Of a stretch of 53,571 bases of DNA, positions 1 to 11,849 are shown one piece after another (the stretch's first letter is position 1; each line of letters starts with the position of its first letter). Source of the stretch: Macrostomum lignano (lineage: Eukaryota); contig NIVC01001440.1 of the NCBI GenBank assembly GCA_002269645.1, forward strand, positions 1 through 53,571, written 5' to 3'. A program made the position numbers and the translations under genes. Under the pieces are notes generated by a model. The model did no database searches. It saw only the letters and a list, made by a program, of their open reading frames with translations, and had not been told where the DNA came from.

Positions 1-64
1 TGTCAGACAGTTTGTAAGACATTGATAGAGCCAAAAAATGGTCAAAATAGATCAATATTAAAAT

Positions 65-380
65 GATCAGACATTGTCAGGACTATCATCGCAATGGTCA
101 GACATTGTCAGGACCAACCATCGCAATGGTCAGACATTGTCAGACTAATCCGCAATGTCAGACATTGTCACATTGTCAGGACCACCATCGCAATAGTCAG
201 ACATTGTCAGGACCAACCATCGCAATGGTCAGACATTGTCAGGACCAACCATCGCAATGTCAGACATTGTCACATTGTCAGGACCAATCATTGCAATGTC
301 AGACATTGTCAGGACCAATCATTGCAATGTTAGACATTGTCAGGACCAATCATCACAATGTCAGACATTGTCAGGACCAT
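65..380. repeat. Minisatellite, about 31-32 bp unit
   Basis: gtcagacattgtcaggaccaaccatcgcaat(g); ends about 16 nt before the SPOP acceptor. Confidence 0.95.
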
Positions 381-396
381 CGTCGCCTTCTCGCAG

Positions 397-1813
397 GTGT
401 CTGTAGTCGGCGAGACGGAGAACCTGGCTGGCCAGTCCAGCGCCCAGTCTGTCCGGCTGCCGGAGTGCCGCCTGGCGGACGATCTCGGCCAGCTGTTGGA
501 GCGCGGCCAGCACGCGGATCTGACGCTGTGCATCGGCGGGGCGGAGCTTCCGGCGCACAAAGCGGTGCTGTCGGCCCGGTCACCAGTGTTCCAGGCAATG
601 TTCCAGCACCAGATGGAGGAGAGCCGCGCCAGCCGGGTTGTTGTTGAAGATGTCGACGAGGACACGATGCGGGAGGTGCTGCGCTACGTGTACAGCGGCC
701 GAGCGCCGCGGCTGGACCAGATGGCCGACAGCTTGCTGCCTGCGGCTGACAAATACCAGCTGGACCGGCTCAAGGTGACTGACTCTGCTTGCTTCTCCGG
801 GGCTCTGTCTGATTCTCTACCCTTCAGCTCCCAGCCACCCTGTTGCTTCTCTTATCTACATGTGCAGCTGTGCTTCTGTTTGAAGAGGTCAGACTGAAGA
901 GCCAATCAGAAGCCAGCAAGGGAGAGAGATAAGAATAACGAGACTGAACTAGACAGAGGGAGAGAAAACAGAGTAAACAGAAACGAGGGGTGGGTGAAGT
1001 GCGCGGACTGAGGAAAGAGGTCAGATTGAAGAGCCAATCAGAAGGCAGCAAGGGGGAGAGAGATAAGAATAACGAGACTGAACTAGACAGAGGGAGAGAA
1101 AACAGAGTAAACAGAAACGAGGGTGGGTGAAGTGCGCGGACTGAGGAAAAAGGTCAGATTGAAGAGCCAATCAGAAGACAGAAAGGAGACAGGAGAGAGA
1201 GATAAGAATAAAAATGTTGAACTGGTCACAGAGGGAGATAAAACAGAGTAAACAGAGACGATGGCAGATGAACTGAATAGATGACTAAGAAAGCCGCGAG
1301 AATGTCATTTTCTCTCCCTCTGTCCAGACATGGCCATAGACATCCGCTGGAGTGCAACTCCCTCTTCACCTCCCCGCTTCTCACTTGCTCTCCCTTATTA
1401 CTTTGTCAACTACCTCCTTCCATCTGTCGTATTCCTCCCTTTTCTTTCCTTCTCTATTCCCGTGTCTCTTATCCCTCTGTCTCTTTTTTTCCTCACTCAT
1501 TTTATACTAGCAACCCCCCATCGGCCCCTTCCCCATCAGGTGATGTGCGAGAGTCCCTAGCCGCCGCCCTGACAGTTTGAAAACGTCTGCGACTGTCTGG
1601 TGCTGGCCGACCTGCACTGCGCCGCTCAGCTGCGCCAACGGGCCAGCCAGTTCATTCTGGCCAACGCCTCCCGGGTCGCCGAGTCCCGGCTGGGACCAGA
1701 TGGTCCGCCGACAGCCGCACCTGGTTGCCGAAGCCTTCAAAGCCCTGGCCGCTCAGGCCGCGCCGCCCATGGGGCCGACACCTAAAAAGCGAATGAAGCT
1801 GCCGGCTAGTTGA
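397..1813 (+). CDS. SPOP: Speckle-type POZ protein-like (BTB + BACK-like region + C-terminal NLS), 3' part; last exon frameshifted
   Basis: Exon 397-774 (tcgcag|GTG ... AAG|gtgact) reads VSVVGE..VRLPECRLADDL..AHKAVLSARSPVFQAMFQHQMEES..AADKYQLDRLK. Exon 1540-1813 (catcag|GTG) reads VMCE..ENVCDCLVLADLH..GWDQMVRRQPHLVAEAFKALA..PKKRMKLPAS* across frames, needing indel corrections near 1551, 1577 and 1686. It matches the recalled SPOP sequence. The MATH-domain exons would lie upstream of the window. AATAAA near 1929. Confidence 0.9.
881..1359 (+). repeat. About 133-bp unit x3 plus terminal segment; homologous to 31012-31369
   Basis: The motif gaggaaagaggtcagattgaagagccaatcagaagg.. is repeated and followed by a P2X-like acceptor and exon fragment. 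Confidence 0.9.
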
Positions 1814-2660
1814 AATTTATTTTATTTATTGCGCTTTTTTCTACCATTGTTTCAATTCAATAGTGCATAGTTTAAAGAGCCTGGCTGTAGTCAACTAAAA
1901 GCCTTTATTACCAAGATTTATTAATCTAAATAAAAATAAACTAAATCTCAAAAAATGCTCAGGCTCTAGGCCCAAATATCATTAAGAATTTTTTAAATTG
2001 AAATGTCACGAAATCCATTGAAGTAGTCAGAAGTACATTTTGTAACTTTTTACTTTTCAAGCGAGGAGTGTGCTAGTGGATTAATACTAATAACACCTGC
2101 TATCTTTAATGTGTCAATCTATATTCTAGTCTATTGTTCAACTATATTCATTAGTCTTGCAAATCAGCACTAGAAAGCTAACGCATCTATAACTTATTGC
2201 GTCTTAAAGCCAATCGAAAAACTGGGTTTTTTCTAACTGGTTCCCATGGTTACTATTACTATTTATACACTGCTTTTTGTAAATAAGTTTAAATGCTATG
2301 AAAGATAAATTTTGTAGCATCAATCTGTGCGAACAACTGCCACTCTGTCTGTGTGCTAATCCTCACTTTTCATTGCCTGCTTATCTGTTTATTGTCAGGT
2401 TCAGCTTGTTTTATACGGAATAGTAATGTTAAGTATATAGTTAACTGTAATAACTAGCATTGCACTATCTATATTTATGTAGCAGCATAACTTCAGTCCA
2501 GCCTCCTTAATCTGTTGCTCTATTTGTTTTGGAGCCGAGCTGATTTCCGTACTTTCTCCCAAGCTTTATCGATGAATTAACAAAGACTTTTCAGATTCGG
2601 ACTAGGGCTATAGGTATTGGCTTTCGCATGAAGTAAACTTTTAGTATAAATATTTTTGAG

Positions 2661-3598
2661 CAACAAAGACCCAGTATCCAACTGAATAATCAGCAATGCA
2701 ACAAAGACCCAGCATCCAAAAGAATTAATCAGCAATGCAACAAAGACCCCAGCATCCAAATGAATTAATCAGCAATGCAACAAAGACCCCAGTATCCAAC
2801 TGAATAATCAGCAATGCAACAAAGACCCCAGTATCCAAATGAATAAATCAGCAATGCAACAAAGACCCCAGTATCCAAATGAATTAATCAGCAATGCAAC
2901 AAAGACCCCAGTATCCAACTGAATAATCAGCAATGCAACAAAGACCCCAGTATCCAACTGAATAATCAGCAATGCAACAAAGACCCCAGCATCCAAATGA
3001 ATTAATCAGCAATGCAACAGAGACCCCAGTATCCAACTGAATAATCAGCAATGCAACAAAGACCCCAGTATCCAACTGAATAATCAGCAATGCAACAAAG
3101 ACCCCAGTATCCAAATGAATTAATCAGCAATGCAACAAAGACCCCAGTATCCAACTGAATAATCAGCAATGCAACAAAGACCCCAGTATTCAAATGAATA
3201 ATCAGCAATGCAACAGAGACCCCAGTATCCAACTGAATAATCAGCAATGCAACAAAGACCCCAGTATCCAACTGAATAATCAGCAATGCAACAGAGACCC
3301 CAGTATCCAACTGAATAATCAGCAATGCAACAAAGACCCCAGTATCCAACTGAATAATCAGCAATGCAACAAAGACCCCAGCATCCAAAAGAATTAATCA
3401 GCAATGCAACAAAGACCCCAGCATCCAAATGAATTAATCAGCAATGCAACAAAGACCCCAGTATCCAAATGAATAATCAGCAATGCAACAAAGACCCCAG
3501 CATCCAAATGAATTAATCAGCAATGCAACAAAGACCCCAGTATCCAAATGAATAATCAGCAATGCAACAAAGACCCCAGCATCCAAATGAATAATCAG
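2661..3598. repeat. Minisatellite, 39-bp unit, about 24 copies
   Basis: gtatccaactgaataatcagcaatgcaacaaagacccca. Confidence 0.97.
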
Positions 3599-4149
3599 AA
3601 CTGCTAAGATCTCAATACACCTGATATGTCAAGTAAGTCTCGAAAACAATTATTAATAGCCTTTTGCACTTTAAAGTGAGACATTGCACCACACTTGGAA
3701 CCTATTGAGCATATATTTATGTAACACATTGAACTTATTGTTTTGCACACAAGAGGGTAAACAGTTTATCATTAAATGTTTCAACTGTTATTTATCTTTG
3801 CGCTGCAGTTTTATAAATAGTAAACAAATAAATATTGGACTACAAATGCGTCCTATTCAAAAATAAATAATTTGGCGCCTTGTTTGCCTTATTGTTTGTC
3901 CGAGAATTTTGTTTTAATTTTACTTAATACCATTTTTTATTTAGTGTAGGCAAACTAGCTTGTTTTCAGCGTTTTCATTTTCATTTTATAGGGAAACAAA
4001 CTTTTGATTCTTAATTACTCTTAGTGCCTGTTTTTAGTAGTGTAGATAGGGCATCAAATTCAATGTAAAATATTTCCATTTATTGATTACTTTCGGTCAG
4101 TTGCCAGGCCAGTTTTATTTTCTTTTAACTTGCCTGTCAATATTGCTCT

Positions 4150-5160
4150 GTATGATCTCATACTCATGATCTCATTCTCATAATCTCAATGAATGATCTC
4201 ATTCTCATAATCTCAATGTATGACTTCATTCTCATAATCTCAATGTATTCTCCCAAGAATTGTCTCAATGAATGATCTCATTCTCATAATCTCAATGTCT
4301 GATCTCATTCTCATAATCCCAATGTATGACTTCATTCTCATAATCTCAATGTCTGATCTCATTCTCATAATCTCAATGTATGACTTCATTCTCATAATCT
4401 CAATGTATGATCTCATTCTCATAATCTCAATGTTTGATCTCATTCTCATAATCTCAATGTATGATCTCATTCTCATAATCTCAATGTCTGATCTCATTCT
4501 CATAATCTCAATGTATGATCTCATTCTCATAATCTCAATGTCTGATCTCATTCTCATAATCTCAATGTATGATCTCATTCTCATAATCTCAATGTATGAT
4601 CTCATTCTCATAATGTCAATGTATAATCTCATTCTCATAATCTCAATGTATGATCTCATACTCATAATCTCAATGTATGATCTCATACTCATAATCTCAA
4701 TGTATAATCTCATTCTCATAATCTCAATGTATAATCTCATACTCATAATCTCAATGTATGATCTCATTCTCATAATATCAATGTATGATCTCATACTCAT
4801 AATCCCAATGTATGATCTCATTCTCAAAATCCCAATGTATAATCTCATACTCATAATCTCAATGTATAATCTCATTCTCATAATCTCAATGTATAATCTC
4901 ATTCTCATAATCTCAATGTCTGATCTCATTCTCATAATCTCAATGTATGATCTCATTCTCATAATCTCAATGTATGATCTCATTCTCATAATCTCAATGT
5001 ATGATCTCATTCTCATAATCTCAATGTATGATCTCATACTCATAATATCAATGTATGATCTCATACTCATAATCTCAATGTATGATCTCATACTCATAAT
5101 CTCAATGTATGATCTCATACTCATAATCTCAATGTTTGATCTCATGCTTATACTATCAAT
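4150..5160. repeat. Minisatellite, 27-bp unit, about 37 copies
   Basis: atgtatgatctcattctcataatctca. Confidence 0.97.
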
Positions 5161-5498
5161 GCCAAAAAAGAACCAAAAATAGCAAGATCAATTTGTTTTG
5201 CAAGTTGAAATCGAACATGGCTGCTATGGATGCGGCATTTAAGTAATTTATTTTCATTATTTATGTTAAATTGCACAAGTTAACTGGGCCTTCTTCAGTC
5301 GACGGGGGAATTTTCATTCGAATGACTCCTCTCGTACTGCTTGCTGTACAGGCTGGGTTTAAACAGGAGATTCCATCGAGCTGTCATTTGCATATTGAGG
5401 TAATTCAGATTCAATTAAAAAAAGTTCCAAGGGGAAATTTTTGTTGCATGCCCGCTGTTGGTTGTTGGCAGCCTCGCATCGCGCGCTCATCAGTGCTT

Positions 5499-6151
5499 TT
5501 AGCCCCACGCCATGTCCGCCACGTCCAGCTCGATCTCTTTTTTGGACTTGTAGTAGCACGGCCTGGTGGCGTAGCTGGGCAGGGCTCGGCAGTACCAGTT
5601 CTCGCGCTCGACGGGGTCCAGAATGTCGGTGGGGTTGGTCATGTCCCAGTTGACGCCGCCCACCATGTCGCACAGGGCGAAGCAGATCTCAGCCGTTCTG
5701 ATTTTGCAATCGAATACTCCCGTTCCTAAAAATAACAAAACATTAATAATAGTAATGATATCTGCCGCATCGGTTATGCTGAATTCTGGCAAGGAAAATC
5801 CCAACTACAAGCTTGACTTACGGGTGTTGTACTTGTTGTACGCTATGTACCCGTTTGGACAATAGTCGTCGTAACTTGTGTACGACACGTTCACATCTTT
5901 TGGCGGATACTGTGTGGTGCCTTCGGTGCTGCGAATCTGGCGAGCTAGCTTAGTGGTCTTGCCGTTGCCGCCGACAGCTGCGGGTTCGTGCGTTATAGAC
6001 TTGCTTTATTAGTTAAGAAGTCTACATGATTCCTTCATTACTATCACGGTTGCTATGCTGTTGCTGGGATAACTTACCAATTGAGTCTCCGCTTTTGATG
6101 GCCAGAGCAGGCCGAGGGCCAACAAAGTGCGATCAGCTTTATTGAAGACAT
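5499..6151 (-). CDS. Small putative secreted Cys-containing protein (about 155 aa), unknown family
   Basis: Exons 6151-6078 (ATG; hydrophobic leader; donor GTAAGT), 5977-5822 (ccgcag acceptor; 156 nt open, VGGNGKTTK..YDDYCPNGY..; donor GTAAGT) and 5725-5499 (tttttag acceptor; TGVFDCKIRTAEICFALCD..WYCRALPSYATRPCYY..AWG*). Exons 2 and 3 join in phase. Exon 1 needs indel correction. AATAAA on the minus strand at 5247-5252. Confidence 0.65.
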
Positions 6152-7676
6152 GCTCTCTCTTGGCTTGGTGTTCAGTAGCTGCGTAGATCCTCAGAATGGA
6201 ATCTTAGACGAGGCTAGTCGTAACAGTCGTTCGTTTGCGTCTGTCGAGTCTGCTGCTGGTCCGCGATGACACTGGGGCCAGCGCTGCCGTCTGGCCGCTA
6301 CTAATATAGGCGTGGGCGGCTGAGGGGCGCGGGTGAGGGGGGCAGAGAGTGAGGGCGGTTGCTAAGCATGTGACCCAAGGCCGCCCCGCCCCAGCCAGAG
6401 CTGAATGAATGGCTGAGTGGAAGCGGAATGAGCCCTCAGCTCGAATGGGGTTTCGTCAGTTTCGTCTGAAACCAAGTGCGTCTGTCGCTTGCGTCTGTGG
6501 ACCTAAATTCCGCTATACTTGGCCTCCGCAACAAACTTGTCGCCAAGTCTGCAATGCCAGACTCTGCCAGGCTTCCCCCAGCCTTTGTCTACCGCGATTC
6601 ATCCCGTCTCCGCTATTCATCCAGTTGAGAACTGAGCTGCAGCCTGTAGGCCAACCGCTCTGTTGTCGGCCTGAACTTGCGTGGGCGGCGGGCTCCAGGG
6701 ACAGACGGCTATTTAATTAACTCCTGGATAGACCAAGGGCCCTGCGTTCATCCCTTCCCATTTTCCAGCTCCATTGCAAGTCCCCCGACCTCTTCGTTCA
6801 AGCTGTATGAGTCATCGGCCGTCTGTCTTTGCACCCTAGTTTAGTTTTTACACAGCTTGGAAGCAATATGGCAATCCCAGATGCAAAATCCCAACGGAAT
6901 ATCGGTCTCTGGTCTGCTTTTTTGGTTGATTTCCGTTTTGACAAAAACAAAAAAAATTGAAAAGTTTTTCCGAAGTTTCCTGCTAGAAAGACAATTTTGT
7001 TTTTGTTTTCTACTATTGAGCTGCTTCATTGTGTCATTTGACTGTAACAAAAAACTTTCGGGACAGATATGCTTTCTTTGCCCTGTCTAATTTTAGCATC
7101 ACAATCACTTTTTCTGCCGCACTGGTTCAGTTCGAACGCCCCGCGTGTGTTATTATCTATCGGTTTTTGTCATGCTAAAAAATTCCAGTTAAGTTGGAAT
7201 TCCTTGCTTATCTACTGAGTTGGACTCAGCTTGTACCGAGTTTTTTGCCGATTCAGCAAAGTTTCACTTCGTTAGCTATAAGCTCGGCCGGGCTTTTCTC
7301 GGACAAAAAAAGATAGACAAGCAAGAAAAAGGTGAAAGAGTGACGAAACTAAGAGTGCTTGCCAGTTCTTGCCAGCAGCTGGCGGCGGCGTGCTCTCGGG
7401 TCACGGCTCACGGGCGCGCCTCGTGATTTGGCCAATTCTCTGTGCCCAGGGGCATCGGTTATGCCTTCTCTCTTAGCCTTAGCTGCTTTCCTCGGGTCTG
7501 CTGCAACCTCCCACACGCTGTCATTGTCATCTGCCTGCCGCTTGCTGTCTGGGGCATGGACACCTCAAGCTACACATCTGGACTGGCAAGAAACGTCTGG
7601 CTATGCAGGTAGCCTTTCTCTGCAATTGTAGTCTACTTCTTACGAGTGTGTGATGATAAATTTCCAGGCTGTAGAT

Positions 7677-7711
7677 CAGGGTTAGGCAAACTCCGGCCCC
7701 GGGCCACGTGT
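7677..7711 (+). mobile_element. Possible hAT/Charlie-type terminal remnant
   Basis: CAGGGTTAGGCAAACTCCGGCCCCGGGCCAC resembles recalled Charlie/MER58-like 5' termini. It is preceded by the 8-mer CTGTAGAT, similar to the NTCTAGAN target preference. No second end found. Confidence 0.45.
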
Positions 7712-7717
7712 CTCTGT

Positions 7718-8178
7718 TCTCTCCCCCCCCCCTCTTCTCCACTTATCTCCCCTCTTCTCTCCTCTTTTCTCTCCCTCTTCTCTCTCCTCTCTTCTCTCTT
7801 CTCTCCCCTCTTCTCTCCTCTCCCTCTTCTCTCCTCTCCCCTCTTCTCTCATCTCTTCTCTCCCCTTTCTCTCTCCTCTCTTCTCTCTTCTCTTCCCTCC
7901 CCACCCCTCTCCTCCTCTTCTCTCATCTCTTCTCTCTTCTCTCCTCTCCTCTCCTCTCTCCCCTCTCTCCTCTGCTCTTCTCCTCTCCTCTCCTCTCCTC
8001 TCCTCTCCTCTCCTCTCCTCTCTCTCCTCTCCTCTCTCCTCTCGTCTTCTTCTCCTCTTCTCTCCTATCCTCTCCTCTTCTCTCTCTCCTCTCCTCTCCT
8101 CTTCTCTATCTCCTCTCTCTTCTCCTCTTCTCCTCTTCTCCTCTCCTCTCCTCTCCTCTCCTCTCCTCTTCTCTCCCT
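7718..8178. repeat. CT-rich low-complexity / (CTCCT)n tract
   Basis: Nearly pure polypyrimidine. Confidence 0.95.
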
Positions 8179-8577
8179 TTTGTTCTGTCGCCCGTGATTC
8201 ATTCATTGTGTATAAATTCAAATGAGATTTGCTTATCTTTAGAAGCTAAAAAATGCAGACAAAATATTCAAAAAAATTATGGGATTTTCACACTGCATAA
8301 TCTATATTAAGCTGGGAAATTTCTCAACAACATCTGAAATAACATTCAATTTTACAAAGACACAACACAACATTCAGAGGGTACAGTGCTGCAGATCTTT
8401 GATTCCTTACAAAATTGCGGTCTGGGGCGGCGGTTTTCAATGTTTCTGAGTACACTCATTCGTACAATTAGATGCTGCAAAGTCCTGAATCTTTTGAAAA
8501 TTCGCGTCCTAAAGTGCACTGGCTAATCCGATGAAGGACAGTAGGGGGGTCTGGCGGGTGTTGCCTCGGTGCTTAGA

Positions 8578-8830
8578 GTCATGTGACTGCAGCTGTGAAT
8601 GATCGAGCGACGGCTTCTCCCCCCCCCTCCCCTCCCTCGCGCTGTTTAAACCTCCGAGTGCGACTCAATTTAACGTAGAAACGAAGGTTAGGCGAGAAAA
8701 GCACACAATTAATCAGCTTGTCAGTCTGTGGGCGCGGCCCGATCTTTCCGAGTCATGTGACCACTCACTCAAGATAAAGAGAGACAGTCAGTGAGCTATA
8801 GAGATACTGACAGCCCAGTAAGTCACGTGA
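8578..8830. promoter_or_regulatory. Cluster of three GTCAYGTGA E-box (M-box/CLEAR-like) sites
   Basis: GTCATGTGAC at 8578 and 8752, and GTCACGTGA at 8822, upstream of DPH5. Confidence 0.4.
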
Positions 8831-9378
8831 AGCGGTCTCGGCGCTTACCTGCAGCCTCCTCCCACGCGTCTGCCTGCCCCGGCCGGGTGTTGTGGCCCCC
8901 AGCTACAGTGCTGACGCACTCTCTGGCTTGCATTGTTTGGTCTCTGCATAGCTGGCAGAGTGCCGCGAAGGGAGATGGGAGTGAGATAGAGAAATTCTGA
9001 CGAAACACCACGCCTTACCGTGACCCAATCTAATTCTGGATTCTGAACTGCGTATAGCAAACCAAAAAAGCGTAGTACTTGCGCCAAGTGCAATTTCTCG
9101 GCTAAAAAACCCATTGCCTTTTCAATTTGGACTTTTTATTCAGTGCACTTGCACCACTGGAGCTTGTTTCTTTCTGGACCAAATCAAAGCAAAACAGCTT
9201 TCTTCCGAATGACAATAATAAGTTCCAAAATATTGCACGTTAAAAATTTCTGTTGCCATCTGAGTCGAATCTACCTATTGCTAGTAGAGTAGTTTGTATT
9301 TCATACTTTTACCTTGTATTTTATTTGCACTCATGTTTCAGCTGGTAGAAGAAGTTCGCTCGGCCCTGAGTTGCTAAA

Positions 9379-11752
9379 ATGCTCTACCTGATCGGCATCG
9401 GGCTGTCCGATCCAGAGGACGTAACGGTCCGCGGCCTGGAGCTGATTCGCTCGTCAGCCCGGGTGTTCCTTGATGCCTACACCTCCATTCTGAGCGTTGG
9501 TGAGTCTACTCAACTATTGGTTTTTCCAGTCCAGATCCCAGTCCAGTCCAATCCCTGTCCTGATCCCAATCCCAGTCCAGATCCCAATAATGTCAAATCC
9601 CAGTCCAGATCCCAATAATGTCAAATCCCAGTCCAGATCCCAGTCCAAATCCCAATCCCAGTCCAGATCCCAGTCCAAATCCCAATCCCAGTCCAGATCC
9701 CAGTCCAAATCCCAATCCCAGTCCAGATCCCATTCCAGTCGAATCCCAATCCAGTCCAATCCCTGTCCAGATCCCAATCCGGTAGAATCCCAGTCCTGAT
9801 CCCAATCCAGTCCAATCCCTGTCCAGATCCCAATCCCAGTCCAGATCCCAATAATGTAGAATCTCAGTCCAGATCCCAGTCCAGATCCCAATCCAGTCCA
9901 ATCCCAATCCTGATCCCAATCCAGTAGAATCCCAGTCCTGATCCCAATCCAGTAGAATCCCAGTCCTGATCCCAATCCCAGTCCAGATCCCAATAATGTC
10001 AAATCCCAGTCCAGATCCCACTCCAAATCCCAATCCAGTCCAGATCCCAGTCCTGATCCCAATCCAGTCCAATCCCTGTCCTGATCCCAATCCAGTCTAA
10101 TCCCAGTCCTGATCCCAATCCAGTCCAATCCCAGTCCAGATCTCAATCCCGTCCATCTGTCCCAGGCAAGGACCGCTTAGAGGAATTCTACGGCAGGCCA
10201 GTGGAGCTGGCAGACCGCGACCTGGTCGAGCAGGGCGACGTCATCCTCGCCGCGGCCCAGAGCGCCGACGTGTCCTTCCTGGTTGTGGGTGACCCGCTGG
10301 GCGCTACCACTCACGCTGACCTCGCCATGCGGGCCAGGCAGCGCGGCGTCGCCTACCGGGTGGTGCACAACGCCTCCGTACTCACCGCCGTCGCCTCCTG
10401 CGGCCTGCAGTTGTACACCTTCGGCGAGACCGTCTCTGTGCCGTTCTGGGACGCAGTCAGCCGGCCTAGCAGCTTCCTGGACAAACTGCTGGGCAATTGG
10501 GAGAGGAATCTGCACACCCTGTGCCTGCTGGACATCCGGGTGCGAGAGCCAACGATGGAGAGTCTTCTCAGAGGACGGCCGGAGTTCGAGCCGCCTAGGT
10601 GCGTGCGTCGCGAGTCAGAGGTCAGAGGGTCAGATGAGGGCACAATGCCACGCAACAGTTCAGTGATGATAGCAGACCTCACCTATATTGACCTAGTGAC
10701 TTCAACTGACCCAGTGACTCGCTTAACCCAGTCACCCACCTGACCCAATGGCCCACCTGACCAATGACCCACCTGACCCGGTGACCCACCTGACCCAGGG
10801 ACGCACCTGACCCAGGGACGCACCTGACCCAGTTTCCCACCTGACCCAGTCACCCACCTGACTCAGTCACCCACCTGACCCAGTCACCCACCTGACCCAA
10901 TGATCCACCTGAAGCAAATGGCCCACCTGACCCAGTGACCCACCTGACCCAGTGACCCACCTGACCCAGTGTCCCACCTGACCCAGTGACCCACCTGACC
11001 CAGTCACCCACCTGACCCAGTCACCCACCTGACCCAGTGACCCACCTGACCCAATGATCCACCTGACCCAATGATCCACCTGACCCAATGGCCCACCTGA
11101 CCCAGTCACCCACCTGACCCAGTCACCCACCTGACCCAGTCACCCACCTGACCCAGTCACCCACCTGACCCAATGACCCACCTGACCCAGGGACGCACCT
11201 GACCCAGTGTCCCACCTGACCCAGGGACGCACCTGACCCAGTCACCCACCTGACCCAGGGACGCACCTGACCCAGTCACCCACCTGACCCAGTCACCCAC
11301 CTGACCCAGTGACCCACCTGACCCCACCGGCCCGCTCCAAGCTGTCCCTGCTACATGTACTTGCCGACTTCCCGCGCCGCAGATTCATGAGCTGCTCCGT
11401 GGCCGCTGAGCAGCTGCTGGCTCTACTAGCCGAAGCCTCCGCCGCTGAGGACAACGCTGACCTCCTGGCCGACTCCGACGCCGCCGAGCTGCGCAACCGG
11501 CTGAACCGTCGCAAGCAGCTGTCGCCGCCGGAGCGACTCCTGACCGTCGGCCTGGCCCGCCTCGGCAGTCCTGACGAGCGCATCGCCGCCTGCAGCCTCG
11601 CCGACATAGCCAGCCGCGACCTCGGGCCGCCGCTGCACTCACTGGTGGTGCCGGCGCCTCGGCTGCACCCGGTCGAAGCCGAGTTCCTCCGCCAATTTGC
11701 CGACACCGAGGCCGACGCTGCTTTAGTGGACGCGTCCGCTGCGGAGCGTTGA
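9379..11752 (+). CDS. DPH5: Diphthine methyl ester synthase
   Basis: Exons 9379-9499, 10166-10598 and 11383-11752 have GT-AG boundaries in matching phase. Motifs: MLYLIGIGL, DAYTSIL, FLVVGDPLGATTH, HNASVLTAV, CGLQLYTFGETVS, HTLCLLDI, EPPRFMS, VGLARLG, DLGPPLHSLV. Confidence 0.96.
9527..10150. repeat. Complex short-unit repeat filling DPH5 intron 1
   Basis: Permutations of ccagtccagatcccaatc. Confidence 0.93.
10690..11328. repeat. Minisatellite, 17-bp unit, DPH5 intron 2
   Basis: ccacctgacccagtcac. Confidence 0.96.
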
Positions 11753-11849
11753 CTTGTCCGGGGCTGAATTGGGCGGGTAGTGAGCAGGTGGACTGCGAGG
11801 TCTAGGCTCAAGTTATCTTGTCCTTGCCAAACTTTGGGCTCTCTTCATG

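Noticed and set aside
1270-1330. Helitron 3' end interpretation of the stem-loop before the pseudo-acceptor
   Set aside because: The terminus is CCAG rather than CTRR, and the homology continues past it. The stem alone is not enough to call a Helitron.
2661-3598. Regular 39-bp repeats that could be mistaken for CRISPR
   Set aside because: The units are head-to-tail with no unique spacers, there are no cas genes, and the context is eukaryotic. The same applies to the 36-, 38- and 42-bp arrays.
4240-5182. 301/304-aa ORFs on both strands
   Set aside because: They are translations of a 27-bp tandem array; a period divisible by 3 keeps the frames open.
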